The notes below the pieces were generated by a model that was not told the DNA's origin, did no database searches, and was given only the letters and a program-made list of their open reading frames with translations. The translations under genes were made by a program, and so were the position numbers. A stretch of DNA of 60,181 bases, filler included. It is 5 parts of 5 records of this genome, joined end to end, with 100 filler letters (N's around TTAATTAATTAA, not from the genome) between each part and the next. Parts side by side here need not be neighbours in the genome. Positions count along the whole stretch, not along the records: positions 31,314 to 38,667 come from SRR31147125_25141; positions 38,768 to 52,903 come from SRR31147125_25159; 3 more parts are not named here. One strand, 5' to 3'. Shown here piece by piece: positions 33,347 to 43,503 of the stretch. The stretch's first letter is position 1. Every line of letters begins with the position of its first letter.

Positions 33347-34351
33347 TTACTCGACTAATGATGCGATATCTAGCTCACCGCTGTTTATATCTGCAACGAC
33401 CTTCTCTACAATTTCAATCTTTTCAGCATCAAATAACTCGTTGAATGTTCCAAGGCTAACAGTACCGCCTTCTTCGAATCCATAAGTACTAAATCCACCT
33501 TCAAATGTTCCATCAAGTACAGACTTTGCTATATTGTAGATGATTTGCTCATTACTCTGAATAATACTACATAGTGTAATTTCCGGTGATTCGCTTAACA
33601 AATCTGATGGTTGTGCTATAAAGTAACAGCTATCAACACTTTCAGCAGCTTCGCGAACTCCCACATCTACGCCACTTGCAAAACTAAACAAAACATCCAC
33701 ATTGTTAGAACCAATCAATGATAAACCGATCTCCTTGCCAAGTGCAACATCTGTCCATGAGCCAGACATTACTGACTTTAACTCCATTTCTTCATCAATA
33801 TACTTAGCACCCGCTGCCATACCAGCAGAAGCCTCTAGAATCTGTGGAGTCTCTTCACCACCTACGTAGCCGATTACCTTTGTTTCACTTTGAAGTGCTG
33901 CAATTACACCAGCCACAAATCCAACTTGTAGATTGTTATGTGAAACAGATGCAAAGTTTTCTGTACCATATGATCCATCAATAATGGCAAATGATATATC
34001 TGAATAGTCTTCTGATACAGTTAAGAATGCATCTGAAAGGTTCCAGTCAGGAGAAATAATTAAGTCTACTCCCATTTCTGCAAATTGACGTGTAGTTGAT
34101 TCAAAGTCTACTAAATCAAGATTTTCTACTTCATATACCTTAGCATTTAGCTCCTCCGCTGTATATGTGATACCTGCATAGCAAGACGATCCCCATCCTC
34201 CATCAATAAATGGTGTTGCCGCAATATATGCAATCTGAATCTCTGGTGTAGCTTCATCGCTACTATTTGTCTCTGTTTCTGTAGTGCTGCATCCTACAAG
34301 TCCCATAAGTACTGTCATTATTGACATAAGTAATAATAGTGTTCTTTTCAT
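33347..34351 (-). CDS. BMP-family (PnrA/TmpC-like) substrate-binding lipoprotein
   Basis: Lipobox LVGC, DGGWG, IGYVGG and GSWTDVALGKE. Confidence 0.88.
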   Translation of the reverse strand: MKRTLLLLMSIMTVLMGLVGCSTTETETNSSDEATPEIQIAYIAATPFIDGGWGSSCYAGITYTAEELNAKVYEVENLDLVDFESTTRQFAEMGVDLIISPDWNLSDAFLTVSEDYSDISFAIIDGSYGTENFASVSHNNLQVGFVAGVIAALQSETKVIGYVGGEETPQILEASAGMAAGAKYIDEEMELKSVMSGSWTDVALGKEIGLSLIGSNNVDVLFSFASGVDVGVREAAESVDSCYFIAQPSDLLSESPEITLCSIIQSNEQIIYNIAKSVLDGTFEGGFSTYGFEEGGTVSLGTFNELFDAEKIEIVEKVVADINSGELDIASLVE

Positions 34352-34440
34352 TTCTTTCCTTCGCTTTCTGAGCTACTGTTATAGCTCGCCAAATTTATTT
34401 TAAAGTCTACTTGATGTGACTTTATTTGCATTAACTCTGT

Positions 34441-35810
34441 CTATACATTTTCATTAAGTGGTTTACTAATAAATTGCTCATGATACTTTCGTCGAATCAT
34501 CCAATCATCAGCTTGCTTTTGAACTTCATCAATTAGCTGAATCTCACATACTTTAGTTGGCATTTTATTCTTGAGTATAGTATCACCTTGAACGATTACA
34601 GTATCTACATTGCTTCCTTGTGCTGAAAAAACTATATTCCATTCTAAGTTTGTGCTACCATCTTCATTCCAAAATATTGGCTGTAAGTTTGGCTTGTTGA
34701 TATCTACAATGATCATATCTGCACTTTTGCCTTCTTCAAGAGAGCCTATTTCATCCTCCATACCCAATGCCTTTGCACCTTGGATTGTAGCCATTCGTAT
34801 CATTTCTTTAGCAGAGAATATGGTAGGATCAGTATGGGCAGCCTTTTGTATCAAAGACCCAAATTTCATTTCTTGAAATAAATCCATGCTATTATTGCAT
34901 GTTGGTCAAATCCAGATCCCAACCCTACATTGACGCCTTTTTGTTTCATAAGTGGGCTACGCGCTATGCCGCAAGCTAGCTTGGCAGCAGCAGTAGGACA
35001 ATGACCTACGCTAGTACCTGTATCTGCCATAATAGCAATATCATCGTCACTAACCCATACACAGTGAGCCAACACAGTTTTTTCACCGAGTATTCCATAG
35101 TCATTCATTACTCCTACCGTTGTTTTACCAAACTGCTTAATAACTGTTTGTTCTTCTTCTTCCTGTTCACATGCATGCGTATGCAATCGTATCCCATTAT
35201 CAATGGCGAATCGCATAGAATCACGAAACATTTTGGGGCTGCAATAGAATATATTTTCTAATCCCATCCACACCTTTATGCGGCCATTGCAGCTATTGTG
35301 GTGCGTCTTATATAGCATTATGTTTTGATCTAGTGTGTCAAAAAAATCATAGGGTTCATTATCTGCTGTATATGGTGCTAGATGTGCACGAATGCCCAAC
35401 TCTCCAGCTGCCTTTGCACACATATGCATTTCCCTGTACATATCCATAATGCAGGTTGTACCATTACGCAATGCCTCTAGATAAGAAAGTTTGGAAGCAT
35501 AATATGCATCTTGTTCGTTAATTGATCGATGCTCTAAATCATAATGGGGTAACCATTCCCACATTTTCATATTCTCCGCAACGCCTCTGAATAGACTAGA
35601 ATGTGTGTGAATATCAATTAGACCAGGCATTACCAGGTATTTTCCCTCTAGATCAATAATCTCGTCTACATCATCAGGCATTATCAGGTGATCAGTATCT
35701 TCGATTTGACACAGAATACCATCCTTGTAGATGATTGAGCCATTGCGGATAATATCATCTGTTGCATTAACAGTGAAAATTATTGCATTTGTAATTACTT
35801 TATATCCCAT
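34441..35810 (-). CDS. Amidohydrolase, MTA/SAH-deaminase/AtzA-like (frameshift near 34900-34920)
   Basis: PGLIDIHTH, HTHACE, AHCVW, HCP and MATIQGAKALG...GSLEEGKSAD. Confidence 0.88.
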
Positions 35811-35831
35811 AATAAACTCCTTGTTAGATAC

Positions 35832-35877
35832 AAAAAAGGAGTTTGCACTATAAATAGTTACAAACTCCCTCTTTGGA
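35832..35877 (-). promoter_or_regulatory. Leader terminator overlapped by an ANTAR-like hexaloop hairpin
   Basis: TCC-AAAGAG-GGA overlaps the 5' arm of GGAGTTTG...CAAACTCC-TTTTTT. Confidence 0.6.
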
Positions 35878-35908
35878 ATCTTTAATTAATATTTTGTTAA
35901 TTATATAC

Positions 35909-35943
35909 AAAAAAACAGCATTATCCTACTAGGAATAATACCG
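35909..35943 (-). terminator. First leader terminator of the amidohydrolase operon
   Basis: CGGTATTATTCCT-agt-AGGATAATGCTG-TTTTTTT. Confidence 0.65.
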
Positions 35944-36015
35944 GCTATCTTGACCACGTATTTTACGAAACACCAATCATGAGTGAATCAAATACATTAT
36001 TAACTTATGAATCAA

Positions 36016-36044
36016 AGTATACATTACAAAAAAAATTATGTCAA
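36016..36044 (-). promoter_or_regulatory. Sigma70 promoter
   Basis: TTGACA-17 nt-TATACT. Confidence 0.7.
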
Positions 36045-36060
36045 TACTTTTTTTATTTTT

Positions 36061-37812
36061 TTATAATAGTTCGTTTTTTTCAAACGCAATAGTACAACAA
36101 GCCCCTTTATTGTTGTATTCATCTATCGTACCATTAAGTTCATTTTTTACAATACTACGAATCAAGTAAGTCCCCAAACCTCTCCCTTTTTCGGGTTGAT
36201 TATCTGATTGGATATTTTGTATTCCTACACCATTATCTTTGTACTTTAGTGTAATATGCTGATCGGTACTTTGGATTATTATACTGATTATTAGCTCAAA
36301 TGCCATGCTGTGTTTAGTACTGTTACTTATTAGCTCATTGAGAATCAATGCAATAGATGATGACTTGGCGTGTGATATATTAATAATATGATCTATCTCT
36401 ATATTGATTTGTGCATGCTCGCGATAAATATCACATATTCTATCTATTACGTCACCTAAGTTCAACACCTGCCCGCTCCCCCTGTTTTGACACAACAAAT
36501 CATGCACTGTAGCTATGCTCATAGTACGATGCTCTAGCTGTGTGAAAGCGCTATTGATAGTTTGCGTATTAAGTGTGTTTATATCGCGAAGCAGATTCTT
36601 TTTTTGCAGGTGCATAAGGCTGATAATCAACTGAAGATTGTTTTTTATACGATGATGGCTCTCTTGCAGGAGAGTAGACTGGCTAAACAATTGTGTGTTT
36701 TGAATAATCACTGTAATTTCTCTAGTAAGTAGTCGAATGTACTGTAAGTCAACGTCTGATACTACATGGAACTGCTGGAATGCGATTTCTAATATAGCTG
36801 ATGACTTGTCGCCTACCTGCATAGGAAAGGCTGTCAGCGTAGATATATCCATTTCTAGTAGTTGAGCGTTTTCGCGACATGATGTAATGTAGATTTCGTT
36901 TTCATCAGCAATTTGATCAAGTATATCTGTGCTAAGAGAGGAAAGTGTATTGTGATTGCTTACTCTTGTATATGAATTAGCACCATTTGACTTAATATAT
37001 ATACTACTGCTAACATTACCAAAACGAGACTCAACGGCTTGGTTAATTTGATTGAGTGCTGTATCCTGACTATATTCATTTAGTATGTATTTTACTCCTA
37101 TGTCATAGATATTTAGTATAGCACTATCATGCAACTGGCTATCACTTTTTGTTTCAGATATTTCTTTTGCCATCATGGCACTGTATATCTTTTGTGGGTT
37201 TTCTAGTGCTTGTACAATTGACATATAGTACAAGCCTTGATAACCTCTATAAACATAGATTTCATCAGATATTTTCAGAGTTTCTTCCCACATTGATGTC
37301 AAGTATATAATGGAACAGTTTTTACGTTTCAGTTCATTCAGCAATTGCTTTACTACGGGTATGTTTATTGGGCTAAAATGCCCTAACAAATGATTAATTA
37401 CTAGAACTTTGGGACGAAAAATAATAGCTCTCAATATCTCGACAACTTTTCTATCTTCTTTTGAGAGCGTGGATATATTTGCATGAATACTAATTCCCAA
37501 GTTATGCTTTTCTATTAGGCTAATTAGCTTAGCAGATATTTTTTCCCTTCGTGTATATCTTGCAGTAGAGGCAACTATGATATTCTCTAACACAGTCATG
37601 TTACCAAATGTTTTATTATCATCATCAATTATACATATCTGTGATATTTCACGAATACTCCTGTTATTAATATAGCAATTAATATAGCAATCTGATTTAT
37701 CAAGAAAAGATTGTTGAATGTTTTGTATGAGCGTGATGTTTGATGCTAAAAATGTGCATATTCTACCACTAGTAATATACAAATCGGGAATTTTTTTAGA
37801 AATGGATTTCAT
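36061..37812 (-). CDS. Soluble histidine kinase: degenerate ABC-NBD, GAF-like, HisKA_2 and HATPase domains
   Basis: ESHHRIKNNLQ, LNELISNSTKH, DNGVG and GLG. The N-terminal ~190 aa aligns by eye to sugar ABC ATPase NBD1. Confidence 0.85.
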   Translation of the reverse strand: MKSISKKIPDLYITSGRICTFLASNITLIQNIQQSFLDKSDCYINCYINNRSIREISQICIIDDDNKTFGNMTVLENIIVASTARYTRREKISAKLISLIEKHNLGISIHANISTLSKEDRKVVEILRAIIFRPKVLVINHLLGHFSPINIPVVKQLLNELKRKNCSIIYLTSMWEETLKISDEIYVYRGYQGLYYMSIVQALENPQKIYSAMMAKEISETKSDSQLHDSAILNIYDIGVKYILNEYSQDTALNQINQAVESRFGNVSSSIYIKSNGANSYTRVSNHNTLSSLSTDILDQIADENEIYITSCRENAQLLEMDISTLTAFPMQVGDKSSAILEIAFQQFHVVSDVDLQYIRLLTREITVIIQNTQLFSQSTLLQESHHRIKNNLQLIISLMHLQKKNLLRDINTLNTQTINSAFTQLEHRTMSIATVHDLLCQNRGSGQVLNLGDVIDRICDIYREHAQINIEIDHIINISHAKSSSIALILNELISNSTKHSMAFELIISIIIQSTDQHITLKYKDNGVGIQNIQSDNQPEKGRGLGTYLIRSIVKNELNGTIDEYNNKGACCTIAFEKNELL

Positions 37813-37824
37813 GTGTACCTTACC

Positions 37825-38412
37825 TTATAGCATTTGACTAGAGTCTATAATCTTTTGAGCCACTTCTACTAGCTTTGTGTTTGTATCTCTGCTCTTCTTT
37901 TGGATTATTTTCATTGCATCACTTTCCTTCACTCCGAAATTATCCATTAGAATCCCCTTAGCCTTTTCTACTGTTTTGCGATGTGCCAATGCAATTTTCG
38001 CGGTAATTGCAACATGCTTGGCATTTTTATAATCTGCTGCTCTATTGAGTGCTACCTCTACCATTGCGATCAGTTGGTTTTCATTTACCGGCTTCACCAA
38101 GTATCCAAATGCACCTATGTCATTAATCATTTTAACGAGTTGAGAGCTATAATGCGCTGTAATGAATACACACGGCACTATCATACTTTTGGGCAATTCC
38201 TCCATAACATCTATGCCGCTAAGTCCTGGCATATTGATATCCATAAGTACTAAATCCGGCTTCAGTTCTTGTATTTTTTTCAATGCGATTTTCCCATTCC
38301 TTGCAGTACCAATAACACTATAACCTGCATCTTCTAACATCATTTGATAAGTCATTAGTATCATACTCTCATCTTCAGCAATAAATATATTTTTATTCTT
38401 ATTATTTATCAT
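37825..38412 (-). CDS. ANTAR-domain response regulator (EutV/NasT/PdtaR-like)
   Basis: REC motifs IAEDE, LMDINMP and YLVKP; ANTAR motif RKTVEKAKGILM...AMKIIQKKSRD. Confidence 0.93.
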   Translation of the reverse strand: MINNKNKNIFIAEDESMILMTYQMMLEDAGYSVIGTARNGKIALKKIQELKPDLVLMDINMPGLSGIDVMEELPKSMIVPCVFITAHYSSQLVKMINDIGAFGYLVKPVNENQLIAMVEVALNRAADYKNAKHVAITAKIALAHRKTVEKAKGILMDNFGVKESDAMKIIQKKSRDTNTKLVEVAQKIIDSSQML

Positions 38413-38454
38413 CTCACATCTTTCACTTTATCATTCAAAATACAAATTACTATA

Positions 38455-38494
38455 CAGAAATGCCGCTCCCCAATAAAGGAACGGCATCTTTGCC
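38455..38494 (-). promoter_or_regulatory. ANTAR-type hairpin overlapping a leader terminator
   Basis: GGC-AAAGAT-GCC overlaps the 5' arm of ATGCCGTTCC...GGAGCGGCAT-TTCT. Confidence 0.7.
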
Positions 38495-38513
38495 ATATAT
38501 TTTTATTGTCTTA

Positions 38514-38542
38514 ATCATACATTCAATCTATCACTTTGTCAA
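38514..38542 (-). promoter_or_regulatory. Sigma70 promoter of the regulator/kinase operon
   Basis: TTGACA-17 nt-TATGAT. Confidence 0.7.
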
Positions 38543-38559
38543 GAACGCACGATTTGAGT

Positions 38560-38667
38560 TTACATAAGTGAACTTCTTATTATATCTATCCTTGGAACTT
38601 CATTTTTAAATAAACCAAAGTTATCAAACTCTCCTGCTTTAATCATAAAATTCATTTGATTAAAGCT
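38560..38667 (-). CDS. 3' end of an unidentified gene (partial)
   Basis: Open frame ...SFNQMNFMIKAGEFDNFGLFKNEVPRIDIIRSSLM* running from the contig edge. Confidence 0.4.
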   Translation of the reverse strand, partial: SFNQMNFMIKAGEFDNFGLFKNEVPRIDIIRSSLM

Positions 38668-38767
38668 NNNNNNNNNNNNNNNNNNNNNNNNNNNNNNNNN
38701 NNNNNNNNNNNTTAATTAATTAANNNNNNNNNNNNNNNNNNNNNNNNNNNNNNNNNNNNNNNNNNNN
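38668..38767. other. Artificial contig linker
   Basis: N44-TTAATTAATTAA-N44. Confidence 0.98.
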
Positions 38768-38830
38768 AAATCCCATTTCCGCGATAGCTTGTTTAATTTT
38801 CTCGGAGATATACATGTCTTCAAATCTCAT
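38768..38830 (-). CDS. DEAD-box RNA helicase N-terminus (partial)
   Basis: MRFEDMYISEKIKQAIAEMGF matches the start of the Q motif; AGGA RBS. Confidence 0.7.
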
Positions 38831-39070
38831 AGTTTATAAATCACATCCTAATTAAATTTTTCGCACTGTATATAACACGAGTAAAATAATGCTTTCTCTA
38901 TAAAATACATAATTACCAGATTATTCTCTGAATAACGAAGGTAGTTATTGTTGGTTTGTTACTTAACTACCATATTTATCTCAATTAATTTTCTTTAATA
39001 TTTATAAACTAACTTTAGATAAACGCACATATAAGAGTAATTACTCATATTACTACAACACAATTTAATT

Positions 39071-39099
39071 ATAATACCACATAAAACTAATTGTGTCAA
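39071..39099 (-). promoter_or_regulatory. Sigma70 promoter, probably of the DEAD-box helicase
   Basis: TTGACA-17 nt-TATTAT with an extended -10 TG. Confidence 0.55.
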
Positions 39100-39497
39100 T
39101 AGCCGAACACGAAAAAACATTCAATTTCAAAAAAGAAACAGTAACACAAAAGCTTTGTTTTATATCCGGAAGAAAAAAGAAAACATTTCATTTTTAATAC
39201 TTTAGTAGTATTTTATAATTTTTAACTTAAACGATACTTTAAATGCCCAGTTCTCAAAGTGAATAAATTCAAAAAACTACCATATATAGTGAGTTGAACA
39301 AAACAAGAGAATTTTAACAAGAGAATTAAATTTTGCCAATTATATAAAGACACGAATATTGATATGTGTAATATTTTTTTTAAGATGTAGAATATATATA
39401 GGATAGAAATAAATTATCAAAAACATTGTTCTGAAAACGTATATAATGTTGACTTTTAAACTATTATGTAGTATATTTTTGATGAGGAGGGGAGTAT

Positions 39498-41380
39498 ATG
39501 AAAAAAATAAAGAAGGTAAAACCTGAAAGGATTAAGAAGCAAAAACAACAGAAAAAGCAAAAAAAGTAAAAACTGTGATGAAATTGACTCATAAGCTTGC
39601 CTTAGGTTTTATTATCATTATTGTCTCATTAATTAGCTTAGTAATAATATTTAATAAATCAAATAAAATTTTTCTAAATGAGATGAATGAGATAAAGGGG
39701 AAAGCGGCAGTAATTAGTTCGAACAATGAAAAACTTTTAACAGTACAGTTACTAGAGAAGCAGATATCCGTAGAATTTTTGAAACCAGCACTACTTCTGA
39801 ATCAAGGAGTTAATGAGTATGAGGTGGAGAAATATTATAAAGAAGCTAATAAAGCTTTAGATGACCTATTAACTACTTTTGCCACGATTGATAATTCACC
39901 AAAACCTAAGGAACTTTCTGATGAGATAAGTACTGGATTGATGGGATTAAAAGAGAGTAGGTTAAAAGAGTTAAGTTTGCTTTTATCATTGACAGAAGCA
40001 CTTACTAGAGGTGATAAACAAGAAGTGACTGATAAAATTCAGAATGATTTACATGAGCAGCAGGCTAAATCAAAGGAGTTTTTAGAGCAAGGGATACTTT
40101 ATAACCATAAATCTTTAAGTTTTTTAATAGATCCATTCCTAAAAACATCTCAATTGCTAAATACTGTATCAATTAATGAAATTAATGATTTATCAGATGA
40201 GGTTGCAGTACATTTACATAAATTGAATAGGCAAAATTTTGCTATAATAATAGGTATAATAATAATGATGGTAGTTCTTTCAGTATTTATGATTAAGATG
40301 ACAAATCATTTGATGTCGACTTTAATAGCGACTACCGAAAAGCTAGCAACACTGAACTTAATTCTTGATCAACCGAAGAAGGCAGTTAAAAGTCGAGAAT
40401 TATTAAAAGTTAGAGAAGCTTTTGGAAAAATGACAAGTGCCTTCATTGATACAATTACTGAGGTTGAGAATGCTTCGAATTATATGAAGAGTGAGTCTGG
40501 CAAAATTTCTGACACAATACTTAGAAATAGTTCTGCTTCAGAGGAGATTTCTGCTAGTATTACCCAGATAACTGGAAGTATAAATGAATCTGTTAATAAA
40601 TTAAAAGATATGATAGGTAAAACAGGTGAGATATCATTTTCTTCAAAAGATATGCTAAAGAACTTCAATGAAATTAAAACTGAAAATGAAGATATGCTGA
40701 AACAAGCTTTAACTGAAAAGGAAAGCATTAAGAGTGCAACAGAGAAAATAAATGCAGTAAGCCATGAAATAGAGGGTAACATAGCTGAAGTTGAAAGTCT
40801 AAAAAGTTTATCTGTAGAGATACAGGAGTCTTTAAATAAAATCTATAGTGTAACAGACCAAACCAATTTACTGGCTCTAAATGCAGCTATAGAAGCGGCA
40901 AGGGCAGGGGAAGCAGGAAAAGGATTTGCAGTTGTTGCTGATGAAATTAGAAAACTAGCTGGAAATTCAAAGGATATGGCAGAGGAGATTGAAAATAAGA
41001 TCAGTGATATCTCAGGTAAGATAGACGCCACAGTGACAAAATCTAACAACAGTAGAGATAAAGTAACAGGAATGGTACAAGAGATAGATAGAATGGAAAG
41101 TACTTTCTCTAAAGTAATGGATTTGTTATCAAATGTAATTAGTTCATTAGAAAATATGTATGAAAAAACGGAAGAACAAACAGCTGAAATTAATGAGTTA
41201 AACCATAGCGCAGATGAGATAAAAGTGTCATTTGAGGATATATCAACTAGCATTGAGGAAATTAATTATGCAATGAATGACACGAGTTCATCGATTAATA
41301 ACTTAGTAGGTGTAGCAGAAACTCTTTCTCAAACATCGGAAGAAGTTAATGAATCAATTAATAAATTCAAAACGAATTAA
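39498..41380 (+). CDS. Methyl-accepting chemotaxis protein (likely start 39498, frameshifted in an A-run before ORF 39575)
   Basis: Two TM helices and [45 protein letters not shown] precedes 39498. Confidence 0.92.
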
Positions 41381-41407
41381 TAAGTGAAAACGCCATTGAA
41401 GATTATA

Positions 41408-41455
41408 AGGGCACTGAAAAAGGGCATATGAAGTTATGCCCTTTTTTAGTGCCCT
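41408..41455. terminator. Terminator hairpin between convergent MCP and IclR genes
   Basis: AGGGCACTGAAAAGGGCATA...TATGCCCTTTTTTAGTGCCCT. Confidence 0.75.
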
Positions 41456-41513
41456 CTAATATTATAGGTTTTTTTAATCGTGGTTGACTTTAATTATTAA
41501 TTTATAATAATAA

Positions 41514-42302
41514 TCAAAAATGAGCTAACGCTAATGCTTTTTTAAAACCAAGTTCTTTAGAAAGTTCTGCTGCTTGTTCTTTTAATGAATGAGAGAAGTC
41601 GGAAAACATGTCAAAGCTAAGATTTAGTTTTGGTGTTGAGATACTTAAGGAGTACTTAACCTCTCCTCTGTGGTTGAACACTGGCGCCGCTATACAGGTA
41701 ACTCCCATTTGGTTTTCCTCGTCATCAATCGCATAACCTTTTTCTTTAATTTTCTCAATCTCTTTTAACATCTCTTCTTTATCAGTAATAGTATTGTCTG
41801 TGAGCTTGACAAAATCATATGTAGACCAAAGCTTGTCGAAATTATCCTCTGGCATAAAAGCAAGCATAGTTTTTCCTACAGCTGTACAGTATAAAGGCAT
41901 ACTTTTACCTATATAAGAGTTAATAGTAAATTGACTTCTTTTAGGTTTTAACTTATCAATATAAACGACTTGATTTCCTTCTATTGTACCTAACGTTATA
42001 GTCTCATCTGTTTTGGAAAGTAGAGTTTTTAAGTGCGGTTTAGCCACACTAACAATATCTAAGTCTTGTAATCTTTTTAATCCTAAGTTTAAAATACTTA
42101 AATTAACAAGATATTTTTGGTTTTCAGGATTTTGAGAAAGGTAACCTAAGTATACTAATGTACCTGCAATCCTATGTACTGTGCTTTTGTGTATCTTCAT
42201 CTCTTCTGAAAGTTCTTTGATACTAAGGCCATCACTATGATCACTGAGAATTTCGAGCATAGTAAACGACTTGATAACTGATTGAATATAATTATCCGCC
42301 AT
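41514..42302 (-). CDS. IclR-family transcriptional regulator
   Basis: HTH IHKSTVHRIAGTL, PLYCTAVGK and GYAIDDEE...CIAAPVF. Probable start MADNY at 42302. Confidence 0.93.
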   Translation of the reverse strand: MADNYIQSVIKSFTMLEILSDHSDGLSIKELSEEMKIHKSTVHRIAGTLVYLGYLSQNPENQKYLVNLSILNLGLKRLQDLDIVSVAKPHLKTLLSKTDETITLGTIEGNQVVYIDKLKPKRSQFTINSYIGKSMPLYCTAVGKTMLAFMPEDNFDKLWSTYDFVKLTDNTITDKEEMLKEIEKIKEKGYAIDDEENQMGVTCIAAPVFNHRGEVKYSLSISTPKLNLSFDMFSDFSHSLKEQAAELSKELGFKKALALAHF

Positions 42303-42321
42303 AATAGACACCACCCTAATT

Positions 42322-42340
42322 TGTTTCGTATTATGAAACA
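42322..42340. promoter_or_regulatory. Palindromic operator 1 (putative IclR site)
   Basis: TGTTTCGTATTATGAAACA. Confidence 0.65.
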
Positions 42341-42485
42341 TTGTTTTTTATTAATTTTATTATACTTTATTTTTCATAAGATTACAATAGCTGATTTTAA
42401 CCTAAAAACAGCGACTTCGTACTATAATTGTTCTGAAAGAGAATAAAATAACTTTATTTAGAACGAAAAATAATGGTTAAAAAGT

Positions 42486-42554
42486 TTGACAAAGGTGAAT
42501 AAAGGTGGTATTAATATATCGAGTAAAACAAAACATCGTTTCATAATATGAAAC
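42486..42554 (+). promoter_or_regulatory. iol operon promoter and palindromic operator 2
   Basis: TTGACA-17 nt-TATTAA, and the palindrome GTTTCATAATATGAAAC at 42538-42554. Confidence 0.65.
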
Positions 42555-42576
42555 TAAAGTGAAAGAGGAAGGTGAT

Positions 42577-43377
42577 TTGGTGCTAGTAAAACAAGACGGA
42601 GATTTTAATTATGGGTATAACTCAATAACCGAAGAATCGGGAAAACATAGCAACATGTTAATGGATATCGGCATTCTTAAGTTAAAGGCTGGAGAGACTG
42701 AAACGATTCTTCAGGAAACGAAGGAAGTAGCTGCACTTATTATAACAGGTGAAATAATATACGAATGGAATGGGAATTCGCACGAAGTTAAAAGAGATTC
42801 TTGTTTTGATGAAGGACCAACTTGCTTACATGTTTCTAAAAATACTGAGATTAAGATTACTGCAAAAGCTGAAACAGAGTTAGTGATACAAAAGACAACT
42901 AATGATAAAGAGTTTGATGCAGTGTTACATACACCGGAAGACTGCGTAACAAATATTTTCGGAGAACACACAATGAACGGTGTAGCAAAGAGATGGGTAA
43001 GAGACATATTTAATTTAGATAATGCACCAAATTCTAATATGGTAATGGGAGAGGTAATTAACCAAGCTGGAAAATGGTCAAGTTTTCCACCTCATGGACA
43101 CCCTCAACCAGAAGTATATTTCTATAAATTTACTAAGCCACAAGGTTTTGGATGTTCATTTATAGGAGACGAAGCGTTTAAGGTAACTACTAATGATTCT
43201 TCATGTATTCCTGGAGGACCTACACATCCTCAAGTAGCAGCACCTGGTTATGGGATGTACTACTGTTGGATGATTAGACACCTTGATAATGATCCATGGG
43301 CTAAGACGAGAAATAATGATCCAGAACACGAATGGTTAAATGATGAGAATGCAGTCATCTGGCCAGATAAAAAATAA
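42577..43377 (+). CDS. iolB: 5-deoxy-glucuronate isomerase
   Basis: KduI/IolB cupin motifs GKWSSFPPHGHPQPEVYFY and HPQVAAPGYGMYYCW; first gene of the iol operon. Confidence 0.9.
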   Translation: MVLVKQDGDFNYGYNSITEESGKHSNMLMDIGILKLKAGETETILQETKEVAALIITGEIIYEWNGNSHEVKRDSCFDEGPTCLHVSKNTEIKITAKAETELVIQKTTNDKEFDAVLHTPEDCVTNIFGEHTMNGVAKRWVRDIFNLDNAPNSNMVMGEVINQAGKWSSFPPHGHPQPEVYFYKFTKPQGFGCSFIGDEAFKVTTNDSSCIPGGPTHPQVAAPGYGMYYCWMIRHLDNDPWAKTRNNDPEHEWLNDENAVIWPDKK

Positions 43378-43503
43378 AACTGCTAGATTAGCAAGATGCT
43401 AATAATATAGTCGGATTAAAGTTCTGTGTTATTGTTTGAGAGTGTAAAGAAATTTATTAAAAAATTTAATTCATAAAAAAGGTAGCGAAGTTAAGGAGGT
43501 AGT

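Noticed and set aside
39426-42438. Shared ATTGTTCTGAAA word upstream of the MCP and in the iclR-iolB gap
   Set aside because: It is short, AT-rich, non-palindromic and seen only twice, so it could be chance.
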